NCBI GenBank assembly: GCA_963727525.1
Contig: CAVSGO010000008.1
Coordinates: forward strand, 128,001-192,000
From: an uncultured bacterium
GTDB lineage: Bacteria; Krumholzibacteriota; Krumholzibacteriia; LZORAL124-64-63
Length of the DNA stretch: 64,000 nt
Direction of reading: 5' to 3'
Positions within the stretch are counted from its first letter, which is position 1. Each line of letters starts with the position of its first letter. The position numbers and the translations under genes were made by a program. The notes beneath the pieces are model-generated. The model saw nothing but the letters and a program-made list of their open reading frames with translations. It was not told the origin of the DNA and did not search any database. This document shows positions 35,982 to 44,728 of this stretch, in pieces.

Positions 35982-38390
35982 ATGCTGCGTTTTGCCTGCT
36001 TGCTCGCCGTCGGCGTTGGCTTATGCCTGCCGGCGACCTCCGGAACCGCCCTGGCGGGTGCCTCCGCACCGCACCCCATGCCGGCGCATCCGGATCTGAT
36101 CCGGACGCTCGGCCCCACCAGGGTCGCCGCCCTCCAGCGCGCCGGATTGCCGGAGCGCGAGGGCTACGAGATGATGACCAGGAGCCTGCGCCGGACGCAC
36201 CTGGCCGCCGACAAGGCCCGCACGAACGGCACCGGCTCCTGCCTCTTCATTCTCTGGACGTTCCCCGACCACACGGCCGACACGGCGGATCACCCGCGCG
36301 GCGACTACGAGGACATGTTCTTCTCGATCGGCACCTACCCCACCGGCAGCATGAACGACTTCTACCTCGAGGCAAGCCACGGCACCTACCAGATCGGGGG
36401 TGTCGTGAGCGGCTGGACCACGTCCTCGCACACGTATGCGAGCTACGCGAACGCTGATGGCACGCAGGACTATTACACCTGCAAGGAGATGATCCGTGAC
36501 GTCATCGCGCAGCTCGATCCGGTGGTCGACTTCGCGCAATTCGACAACGATGGCCCGGATGGCATTCCCGACAGTGGCGACGACGACGGGAGCGTCGACT
36601 CCATCTTCTTCATCCACGCCGGCCCCGGCCAGGAAGCCTCCGGCAGCACCCAGGACATCTGGTCGCACGCCTGGTCGTTCTGGGACCTGACGACGAACGA
36701 CGGCGTGGACATCGGGCGGTACTCCGTGGAGCCCGAGGAGTTGCCGAGCGGGGACATGAGCACGATGGGCGTGTTCGCGCACGAGTACGGTCACGTGCTC
36801 GGCCTACCCGATCTCTACGACACCGACTATAGCTCGAGCGGTATCGGCGAGTGGGGCCTCATGTCGGGCGGTTCGTGGAACAGCCGCCCCGGCGACCTCG
36901 GCGGAAGCTGTCCGGCGCAGATGACGGCCTGGAGCAAGGCGCAGCTCGGTTGGGTGACACCGGTGGCCATCACAGCCACCACCACCGACCTGGTGCTGCC
37001 GGCCGCCGCCACACATGCGGTGGCGTACCGCGTGTGGCGAGACGGGGCCGCAGGCAGCGACGAGTACTTCCTCATCGAGAACCGCCAGAACGTGGGCTTC
37101 GACGCCGGGCTCGTGCGCCGTCAGGTCGACTACGGCCTGCCCCTGGCCGATGGCCTCTTGCTCTATCACGTCGACGACGCCATGGGCAGCAATACCAACG
37201 ATCACCACCGCCTCCTCGACGTCGAGGACGCCAGCCCCTGGATCCTGAACGACGGCAGCGCGCGCGAGAATCTCGACGGCGTGATCGACTACGGCGTGCG
37301 GCGCTACGTCTGGAGCTATAACCGCGGCGACAACGGCGACACGTGGCCGGGCTTCTCCGCCGTCAACGGCGATTCGACCGACTGGCTGTCGCCCCGCGAT
37401 CGCGATCGCTTCGCCGACGACACCACGCCGGGCGCCGAGGACTACGCCTGCGCGCCCACCGGCGTGGCCATCACACACATCGTGCTCAGTGGCGACGACG
37501 TGGTGGCCGACGTGGAGATCAACACGCCGCAGATCAGCACGCCGGCCGTGCCGGCCAGCGTGGTCTGGGACTTCGAGGACGGCATGCAGGACCTGCGCGG
37601 CTGCAATGCCGTCGCCCACTTCGACCAGACCCAGGCTGGAACCTGCGGCGGCCCGGGTGGCCTGTGGTTCGGCACCACGGGCTGGGACTACTGCGGCGGC
37701 GCGGGCTACGGCAACAACTGGGACGACGCCGTCGCGGTGGCGGCGCTCGTGGGTATCGACGCGGCGCCGCAGGTCATCCTGACGCACCGCTACGAGACCG
37801 AGTCGGGCTACGACTTCGCGCGCCTGGAGGTGCGGGCTGCCGACGTGGGTGCGGCCTGGACCACGCTCGGCTCGTTCAGCGGCAGCGCGAACTGCCGCAC
37901 CGATACCTGGACGATTCCGCCCACAGTGCTCGAGGCCGGCCGCGTGGGCGCCACCGGCAACGCCAAGGTCGAGCTGCGAATGCGGCTGACAAGCGACGGC
38001 TCCTACTCGCCGGAAGACGGCAACTTCTGCGGCGTGGGCTGGTGGGTCGATCAGCTCGAGGTCACCGGCACACCCACCGGTGTCGACGAGTTGCCAGGTG
38101 CGATGCCCACGGTGGCGCAGCTCCGCCCGCCGGTGCCCAATCCGTTCAATCCGCTCACCGTGCTGCCTTACTTCGTACCCACCGGCGCGCGCGCCGTGAC
38201 ACTGCGCGTGTATGACGCGCGCGGCAGCGCGGTGCGCATGCTCGTGTCGGGACCGGCCGCCCCCGGCTGGCAGGAGGCGCGCTGGGACGGACGCGACGAC
38301 GGCGGCAACCGCGTGGCGAGCGGCCTGTACTTCGCGACGCTGCAGGTCGACGGCACGCAGCGCACGCAGAAGGTCGCTCTCGTGAAGTGA
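35982..38390 (+). CDS. M6 (immune inhibitor A-like) metalloprotease with FlgD-Ig C-terminal domain
   Basis: HAGPGQE, IWSH, HEYGHVLGLPDLYD, EYFLIENRQ; PNPFNP...WDG tail. Confidence 0.92.
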   Translation: MLRFACLLAVGVGLCLPATSGTALAGASAPHPMPAHPDLIRTLGPTRVAALQRAGLPEREGYEMMTRSLRRTHLAADKARTNGTGSCLFILWTFPDHTADTADHPRGDYEDMFFSIGTYPTGSMNDFYLEASHGTYQIGGVVSGWTTSSHTYASYANADGTQDYYTCKEMIRDVIAQLDPVVDFAQFDNDGPDGIPDSGDDDGSVDSIFFIHAGPGQEASGSTQDIWSHAWSFWDLTTNDGVDIGRYSVEPEELPSGDMSTMGVFAHEYGHVLGLPDLYDTDYSSSGIGEWGLMSGGSWNSRPGDLGGSCPAQMTAWSKAQLGWVTPVAITATTTDLVLPAAATHAVAYRVWRDGAAGSDEYFLIENRQNVGFDAGLVRRQVDYGLPLADGLLLYHVDDAMGSNTNDHHRLLDVEDASPWILNDGSARENLDGVIDYGVRRYVWSYNRGDNGDTWPGFSAVNGDSTDWLSPRDRDRFADDTTPGAEDYACAPTGVAITHIVLSGDDVVADVEINTPQISTPAVPASVVWDFEDGMQDLRGCNAVAHFDQTQAGTCGGPGGLWFGTTGWDYCGGAGYGNNWDDAVAVAALVGIDAAPQVILTHRYETESGYDFARLEVRAADVGAAWTTLGSFSGSANCRTDTWTIPPTVLEAGRVGATGNAKVELRMRLTSDGSYSPEDGNFCGVGWWVDQLEVTGTPTGVDELPGAMPTVAQLRPPVPNPFNPLTVLPYFVPTGARAVTLRVYDARGSAVRMLVSGPAAPGWQEARWDGRDDGGNRVASGLYFATLQVDGTQRTQKVALVK

Positions 38391-38445
38391 CCGGCCGCCC
38401 GCGATCGCCCTTGCGTCGGCGCGGGTTTCGTGGCTTCGTGGAGCC

Positions 38446-39324
38446 ATGGACCCGCGCCGACGTCTCATCCTCGCCGTGCTCGCGCTCGTCGCCGTCGGCG
38501 CTTGCCATGGTGGCGAGCGCAAGATCATACCCGCGCCGTTGTCGCGGGTATGGGCGTACAACGCACAGGCCCCGCAGCTCCGCCGCGAAGCGACCCTCGA
38601 CAGCTTGCTCGCCCAGGAGCAGGGCCTGCCGACGGCCCACCGCATCGGCCTGTGGGCGCGGCGTTTCCGTGCCGATACCACCAACGTCTACTGCTTCGGG
38701 CCGAAGCCGGGCGGCTACGTGAGTGAGGGCCGCCTGGTCGACGACGCGCACGTTGACTGCATCAGCCTGCTCTACCGTGTCTGCGAACTGGCGCAGGCAC
38801 GCACGGCCCGCGACGCCGTCACGGTGGCGCTGCGCACGCGGTTCGCGGGCGCGTCCCTCGACTCGGTGGTCGATGCGACCGGCCGTGTCGACTATACCGA
38901 TCCGGCGCACCTCGACTACAGCCTCGACATGGTGCAGAGTGGCCTGTGGGGCGCCGACGTCACGCCTACCCTGACGGGTGCCGTGCGCGATCGCAACGGC
39001 AGCGCCCGCTACGCTCCGGGGAGCTTCGCCTACGTGCCGACGGATTCTCTGCGCACGACCGAGCTGCACGACGGCGATCTCGTGTGGTTCGTGCTGAGTC
39101 CCGCCAGTGCGGACGCGCGCCGCCTGCGCGACGGCTACGGCCTGGTGATCGGCCACGCGGGCATCGTGATCGTGGAGGATGGGCAGAGGATCCTGGTGCA
39201 CGCGGCCAGCAGCGATCTGCCGGGGGAGTACACGGGCGGTCACGTGGTGAGCGTGCCGCTCATGACCTACCTGTCGCGGGTGGACCGCTTCGCGGGCATC
39301 GTCGTGACGCGCTTCGTACCCTGA
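38446..39324 (+). CDS. DUF1460 (NlpC/P60-like amidase) lipoprotein
   Basis: Lipobox VGAC; VDCISL, GHAGIV, VHAASS. Confidence 0.75.
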   Translation: MDPRRRLILAVLALVAVGACHGGERKIIPAPLSRVWAYNAQAPQLRREATLDSLLAQEQGLPTAHRIGLWARRFRADTTNVYCFGPKPGGYVSEGRLVDDAHVDCISLLYRVCELAQARTARDAVTVALRTRFAGASLDSVVDATGRVDYTDPAHLDYSLDMVQSGLWGADVTPTLTGAVRDRNGSARYAPGSFAYVPTDSLRTTELHDGDLVWFVLSPASADARRLRDGYGLVIGHAGIVIVEDGQRILVHAASSDLPGEYTGGHVVSVPLMTYLSRVDRFAGIVVTRFVP

Positions 39325-39331
39325 CGAGGCC

Positions 39332-41200
39332 CTATTTCGCCGGCACCACCGACAGCGACACCGTCGCCTGGGTCGAGTCGCCACCGGCGAAGGCGCGCGC
39401 CACGACCGGCCACACGGTGGTGTCGGCGGCCGCGGGGGCCGTGAGCTCCGCGCTCCAGGTCGCGAGTCCAGCGGCAACAATGCGCGCGCTGCCCGCGAGC
39501 ACGACCACCGAATCGAGCGCCGCGCCGGCCGCGTAGGGCGCCGCAGTGCCGGACACCGCCACCGCGTTTTCCGCCGTGACCACCGCGCCGTTCTGCGGCG
39601 CCGTGATCCTGATCGCGAGCCGGCTCACGGTGACCGAGATTTCGACGGTCGCGCTGTCGGCCGGCAACGTCGTCGTGCTGTCGATGTAGGCGCGGGCCGT
39701 GATGAGCCGTACGGTGTCGGCGTTCAGCTCGGGCACGGTCCAGTCGTAGGCCCAGTCCTCGGTGCCGTCCACCGCCACGAAGCCATCGCCGACGTTGACC
39801 TTCACCGACGTCACCGGGCGGTTGGTGTCACGGCTCCACGCGCGGCCGCGCAATCCCACCAGCGTACCGCCGCGCACGATGGTGCCGTCCGTCGGCGTGA
39901 TGATGTCGACCGCCACGTCCGCGCTCGTGACGGTGACCTGGTCGGTGAGCACGGCGGATTCGTTCCAGTAGTTGCGGTACTGCACGTAAACGACATGGAA
40001 GCCGGGCGTGGTGTCCAGGGTGACCGTCGCCGTGTCCTGGTACGCCATCCACGGGGCGGCCGTGAATGCGGGATCGGTGGCCAGGCGCATCTGCGTTGCC
40101 ACGGCGTGGCTGAAGACGGTCAGGAAACCCTGGCCGACGACATGGTTGGCCGGCACGTCCAGCGTGAACGACGCGCTCGTGAGCTGATCCGGAGAGATGC
40201 GCACGCTGTCGACGTAGGTGAACGCCGGATCGAACTGACTGCCGTACTCGGCGAAGACCGCCTGCGTCGTCGGGTCGTCGCGCAGGACATAACCTCCGTA
40301 TGTGGCGCTCGGCGGCAGCCACGCCGAGTCGGCCAGCGCCGATCTCGTCGGCGCGAATCGCATGCGCGTGACGCCGCGGGCCTCGTTGCCCACCGCGAGC
40401 GCGATCGACCGATCGGCCACCGTCGTGCCGCCGCCCACCTGGCGCACGGAGGGCTTGAACTGCACCGTCAAGGGCACGTTTGCGGTGTCCGAGCTGATGG
40501 TCTGCGGCTGGCCGCCCGACTCGAAGGTGGAGAACGCCGTCGCGTAGACGTGCAACACGGCGCCGTTCGCGGTGGCATGGCCGAGGTCCCAGTCGTCGAC
40601 CACCACCGTGGTGCTCGAGTCGCCCAGGGCACGTGTCACCGTGCTGCTGTCCGGGAACGCTGCCTCGCGCGATACCTTGACCGAGTCGAACCCGGCCCCG
40701 CGCACCTTCAACGTCTGGAAGCGCCGGCTCACGGAGAGCACCCCCGTGCCGACCACCACCACCGGCGGTACCGGGATCGATGCCGCCACGACGTTGCTCA
40801 GGTAGGTGAACAGTTCGTCGCTGTTGAAGGCCTGGACCTTGTAATAGTTGGTCCGCGCGCCCACCGGCAACGAATCGGTGTACGAGAACGTGGCCGCCTG
40901 CGTCGCCGCGACCTGGCCGAGGTTGTCGAAGTGCACGGCATCGAGGGATCGGAAGACGCGGTAGCTGACGATATCGTAGTTCTTGAGCTGTTTCCAGGTG
41001 ACGACGACGGTGCTGCCCTGGAAGACCGCGCGCAGTGCGAAGGGGTCGCTCCCCGCCGACCCGTGCGGGTCGAATGGATTGGCGTACTCGGGAGCCGCGG
41101 GGTTCTTGCTGCATCCCTGGGCGAGTCCGAAGATCAGCGCTCCCAGCAGGAGGGCCAGCCACAGGGTCGCGAGATGTCGGATGCGAAGCGAGTGCATCAC
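39332..41200 (-). CDS. Lipoprotein with FN3/Ig-like beta-rich domains
   Basis: Signal peptide ending AQGC, NPFDP, YRVFRS...YYKVQAFN, ITAPQNG Ig-like repeats. Confidence 0.75.
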   Translation of the reverse strand: MMHSLRIRHLATLWLALLLGALIFGLAQGCSKNPAAPEYANPFDPHGSAGSDPFALRAVFQGSTVVVTWKQLKNYDIVSYRVFRSLDAVHFDNLGQVAATQAATFSYTDSLPVGARTNYYKVQAFNSDELFTYLSNVVAASIPVPPVVVVGTGVLSVSRRFQTLKVRGAGFDSVKVSREAAFPDSSTVTRALGDSSTTVVVDDWDLGHATANGAVLHVYATAFSTFESGGQPQTISSDTANVPLTVQFKPSVRQVGGGTTVADRSIALAVGNEARGVTRMRFAPTRSALADSAWLPPSATYGGYVLRDDPTTQAVFAEYGSQFDPAFTYVDSVRISPDQLTSASFTLDVPANHVVGQGFLTVFSHAVATQMRLATDPAFTAAPWMAYQDTATVTLDTTPGFHVVYVQYRNYWNESAVLTDQVTVTSADVAVDIITPTDGTIVRGGTLVGLRGRAWSRDTNRPVTSVKVNVGDGFVAVDGTEDWAYDWTVPELNADTVRLITARAYIDSTTTLPADSATVEISVTVSRLAIRITAPQNGAVVTAENAVAVSGTAAPYAAGAALDSVVVLAGSARIVAAGLATWSAELTAPAAADTTVWPVVARAFAGGDSTQATVSLSVVPAK

Positions 41201-41214
41201 GCGGTGCTCCCTCG

Positions 41215-41955
41215 TCAGAACGCCAGACTCACGCCGGCATGAATGCCCACCCCACGCTCGTACCCACCGTCGCCGACCGCCGCCGCGACCGGCGGCACCG
41301 GTCCCGGACCGACGTCGGCGTGCGGGAAGAGCAGGAACGCGTCGAGCATGCTCACCGCGATCGCACCGGCGGCGACGAGCAGACCGGTGTTGCGCAGATT
41401 CGTGGCGTCCTGCATGTCCTGGTACGCCTGATTGCTGAGCGCGTGGTAGTGGTCGAGCACGTCGGGATCGATGGTGCCGTCGTACTCGGCCTTGTAGAGG
41501 ATGTAGTCGTCACGATAGGTCTGGCGCTGCGACTCGCTGATGGCCGCGGTGACCAGGCCGCCAGCTTCCGCGGCCGCATAGATCCACCCGCGCCAGCGCG
41601 CGCCCATGGACATCTGTCCGAGCCCGGCGAAGACGAGGTTGTTCGTCACGGCGTGGCTGCGCTGGATCCGCTCGGGCCGGATGCGCAGGTACACCCAGTC
41701 GGCATCGTCAGCGAGCACCACGGTCTGACTGAAGTCGTGGTAGCCGGGCGCCGTGAACGTCACGGTGTAGGTTCCGCGCCCCAGCTCGAGGGGCTGGGCC
41801 AGCGGCAGCGAACCGAGGCGGTGTCCATCGACCGCCAGCGTGCCGCCCGCGGGACCGGTGACCGCCAGCGTGGCCGCCGCGGCCGCGCCGGCGCCGAGGA
41901 AGAGGATCAAGACGGGAACCAGATACCGGTGGTGGCGCAAGGTCGGTCGCGTCAT
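41215..41955 (-). CDS. PEGA-domain secreted/outer-membrane-associated protein
   Basis: Signal peptide; VTGPAGG.LAVDG...G.YTVT..APGY PEGA pattern; GLGQ...GW TM segment. Confidence 0.7.
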   Translation of the reverse strand: MTRPTLRHHRYLVPVLILFLGAGAAAAATLAVTGPAGGTLAVDGHRLGSLPLAQPLELGRGTYTVTFTAPGYHDFSQTVVLADDADWVYLRIRPERIQRSHAVTNNLVFAGLGQMSMGARWRGWIYAAAEAGGLVTAAISESQRQTYRDDYILYKAEYDGTIDPDVLDHYHALSNQAYQDMQDATNLRNTGLLVAAGAIAVSMLDAFLLFPHADVGPGPVPPVAAAVGDGGYERGVGIHAGVSLAF

Positions 41956-42075
41956 CGTCTCCATCACCTGTCGGGATGATCGCGCGCGCTCACCCCGGCG
42001 CGGGGCGAGCGACTCGAACCAGCGACCAGTATAAGAGAAAGACGGGCAACGGAAAAGGCCGTTGACCGCACCCGG

Positions 42076-42510
42076 TCAGGCCCGGTGGTAGGGCATGCCC
42101 CGCATGATCGTCACCCCCCGGTAGATCTGCTCCACGAGCAGCGCCCGCGCCCACTCGTGCGTCAGGGTGAGGGACGATAGCCGCATGACCCTGTCGGCGC
42201 GCTCGCGCACTGCCGCCCCGAGCCCATCGGCCCCCCCGACGAGAAAGGCCACGCTGCCGTGAGCCCCGAGCAGGCGGGCCATGTCCGCACTCGTCACGTC
42301 GTCGCCATGCTCGTCCATGGCCACCACGTAGGTCGCCGAGGCCTCTCCCCCCAGCCGCCGCACCATTTCGCGTCCCTCCCGCTCGGGGTCCTGGTCCTTC
42401 AGTTCCACGACCTCGCACGGCGCAAGGGGGCGCAGGCGACGAAGGTATTCAGAGGTGAGGTGGGAGAGGTGGGGGTCTTTGACCCGCCCCACCGCAATCA
42501 GGCGTATCAC
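42076..42510 (-). CDS. rlmH: 23S rRNA pseudouridine-1915 N3-methyltransferase
   Basis: IRLIAVG, FLVGGADG, LSSLTLTHE.AR.LL.EQIYR...G.PYHR. Confidence 0.93.
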   Translation of the reverse strand: MIRLIAVGRVKDPHLSHLTSEYLRRLRPLAPCEVVELKDQDPEREGREMVRRLGGEASATYVVAMDEHGDDVTSADMARLLGAHGSVAFLVGGADGLGAAVRERADRVMRLSSLTLTHEWARALLVEQIYRGVTIMRGMPYHRA

Positions 42511-42703
42511 AATAGGTGCCTCGAAGAATGTTGATGGCCTAATCTGGGGTCTAACGATAGGCTCATTTTAGACCTAACATCACTATTTTTGTCCCTAAGT
42601 CATTCAGGTTCGGCTGATTCCTGATCAGTCCGACGACATCAACAATCATCGAGGCACAACCCAGGGGTTGGCAAGTCGGCGATTGTCTGATGAGATGATA
42701 TCC

Positions 42704-43081
42704 ATGCACACTCCCCTCGCCATCACCCCCGTCGCCCCCGCCATGGTTCACCTGGCCGCGTTCGTCGCGTCCGGGGTGGCGGTGGCCGCGGTCATCGTGG
42801 GGGTGCGGCGCTGGTGGCTGGGGAAGTTGCCGGTGGCCGATGCGCCGGTCGCCGACCGGGCCGGGGCGCGGCAACGCGACGTGCGCTGGCGAGCCGCCGT
42901 GGCGCTCGCGGCAGGCGTGGCAGCAGCAGCGGTGCTCATGCCGGCGCTGGTGGCGTTGCGCCAGCTCTATGCGTTGCCGGGCTTCGGGGCGCGGCTCGTG
43001 GTGCTGCTGGTGGCGTTGCTGCTGCTGCTGGTGGCCGCGTTACTGGCGCTACTGCTGGCCGATCCGGGCGAGGATACCTGA
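42704..43081 (+). CDS. Degenerate NuoA-like membrane subunit
   Basis: Three TM segments, NuoA size and position; DVRW...LMPALVALRQL resembles VRYY...LYPWAV, but the FDVE acidic motif is absent. Confidence 0.5.
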   Translation: MHTPLAITPVAPAMVHLAAFVASGVAVAAVIVGVRRWWLGKLPVADAPVADRAGARQRDVRWRAAVALAAGVAAAAVLMPALVALRQLYALPGFGARLVVLLVALLLLLVAALLALLLADPGEDT

Positions 43082-43084
43082 GTC

Positions 43085-43942
43085 ATGTCCGCTACCTTGC
43101 ATGCCGCCGTCCTGGTGTTGCCGACCCTGGCTCTCGTGAGCGTGTGGCCGGAGGTGGACGCCTGGCTCGATCGCCGTCTCGCGACCGAGTCGCGCGAGGT
43201 GACGGGAAACTGGCGAGAGAGCTTGTGGCGTCTGGGACCGCGCGGGCGCGGGGGCTGGTTGCGCTTCGGGGCGTTGCTGCTGGCGCTGGCGCCTTTGCCG
43301 GCAAGCGCGCATCTCGTGGGGGCCGATCTCGACGCGGGACTCGCCTGCGTGCTGGCCGCAGGGTTGCTGGCGCTCGCGGGCGCCTGGCTCGACGATCCCC
43401 AAGAGGTGACAGCGCGTCTGCCGGTGGTGGCCATTGGCGGGCTGGCGCTGGCGCTGGCCGGGGTGCCCATCGTGGCGCGGGTCTCGAGCCTGAATCTGAG
43501 CGACATCGTCATTGCGCAGCAGGGGGGACTCGGCAACTGGTTCCTCTGGCGCGACCCCTTCCTGCTCCTGGTCACCGCGGGATACGTGGCCACGGCGGCG
43601 TGTCTGGTGCCGGATCTCGGCGCCCTGCGCGGTGTGACCGATGCGGCCGGGCCGGCGGCCTGGACGCTCGTCACGAGCGTGCTCGGCGCGTGCCTCTTCC
43701 TTGGCGGCTGGTGGGGCGTGGTGCCGCAGCTCGACGTGCCGCAGCTCGGTGTGGCGCCGATCGTGCATCTGGGGTGCAAGGTGTTCGTGCTGGCGGCGGC
43801 CCAGATCTGGTTGCGCGGACGGCTGCCGCAGCCGCCGCGAGGAACGCGGAGCGAGCCGCCGGTGCGTCTGCTGCTGCTGGCCACGCTGGCCGGCGCGGTG
43901 GGGTCGACCCTGTGGATGGTACTCTCGGGCGAGGTGCTGTGA
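43085..43942 (+). CDS. nuoH: Degenerate NuoH-like subunit
   Basis: SLNLSDIVIAQQGG..NWF, LFLGGW, WLRGRLP; the acidic TM5-6 loop is missing. Confidence 0.7.
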   Translation: MSATLHAAVLVLPTLALVSVWPEVDAWLDRRLATESREVTGNWRESLWRLGPRGRGGWLRFGALLLALAPLPASAHLVGADLDAGLACVLAAGLLALAGAWLDDPQEVTARLPVVAIGGLALALAGVPIVARVSSLNLSDIVIAQQGGLGNWFLWRDPFLLLVTAGYVATAACLVPDLGALRGVTDAAGPAAWTLVTSVLGACLFLGGWWGVVPQLDVPQLGVAPIVHLGCKVFVLAAAQIWLRGRLPQPPRGTRSEPPVRLLLLATLAGAVGSTLWMVLSGEVL

Positions 43943-43946
43943 GGTC

Positions 43947-44435
43947 ATGACGGAATTCGTCTTCGTGGTGCTCGCGGGCATCGTCCTCGCGGCGGCGGGC
44001 GTGGCCGTGCTGGCCGATGTGGCCATGCTCAGGCGCCGGGCGCTGCTGCTGCAGGTGCTGGCGCTCGCCGCGCTCGTGCTGCTGGTCGGCGCGGATCTGC
44101 CGGCGTGGGCAGTTCTCGTGGGCGGGCTCACCGGCGGAGGCGTGGTGCTCGCCGCGCACACGCGCGATGCGGACGCCGCGGCGCGGACGTCGGCCGACCA
44201 GCGCGTGGTGCCGGCGGTGCTGGCGGCGCTGGTCTTCGCGGGGTTGTATTTCGTGGTCGCGACAGGGCACTGGAGTGGTGCGCAGCCCGAGGTGCCGGTG
44301 GCGCTCACGGCGCTGATCGGCGCGCGACTGCTCACGCGCGATCTCGTGGTGCTGGTCCTGCTGATCGTCTTTTTGGCCGGTGCCGTGGCGGGGGCGGCTC
44401 GACTGGCGGGACGTCCGCCGAGGGGGGGGGCATGA
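43947..44435 (+). CDS. Degenerate NuoJ-like subunit
   Basis: Five hydrophobic segments between the nuoH-like and nuoK-like genes; IG..LLT...LLIVFLAGAV C-terminus. Confidence 0.55.
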   Translation: MTEFVFVVLAGIVLAAAGVAVLADVAMLRRRALLLQVLALAALVLLVGADLPAWAVLVGGLTGGGVVLAAHTRDADAAARTSADQRVVPAVLAALVFAGLYFVVATGHWSGAQPEVPVALTALIGARLLTRDLVVLVLLIVFLAGAVAGAARLAGRPPRGGA

Positions 44436-44728
44436 GCTGGGGATTGGCCCCGTTTCTGGCCGTTGGGGCGGCCCTGGCCTCTCTGGGGTGTCTGGCCCTT
44501 ATGGTGCGGCGGGACCTGCGTGGCTTGCTGCTGGGCCTCCTGCTCCTGCTGGCCGGGGCGTGCCTCGACTTCGCTGCGGCGTCGCGACTCCTCGTGGACG
44601 AACTCGATGGGCACCTGGCGGTGCTCGTGATCGTGGTGCTCGGCGTGGCCCAGGTGCTCGTGCTCACGGCGCTGGCGCGCGAAGCCGGCGACGATGACGA
44701 CACGATCATGCCCGGAGATGCGCCTTGA
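44432..44728 (+). CDS. nuoK: Degenerate NuoK-like subunit
   Basis: 98 aa; FLAVGAAL.SLG...RRD...FAAASR...DGH; both conserved Glu replaced. Confidence 0.7.
   Translation: MSWGLAPFLAVGAALASLGCLALMVRRDLRGLLLGLLLLLAGACLDFAAASRLLVDELDGHLAVLVIVVLGVAQVLVLTALAREAGDDDDTIMPGDAP

Noticed and set aside
42076-42700. rlmH as an island integration site for the nuo-like cluster
   Set aside because: The cluster lies on the 5' side of rlmH, and no recombinase or att-like direct repeats were seen.
44422-44430. G9 tract at the nuoJ-like/nuoK-like junction as a phase-variation switch
   Set aside because: Both frames are intact with a normal ATGA overlap; the tract doubles as an RBS and there is no evidence of length variation.
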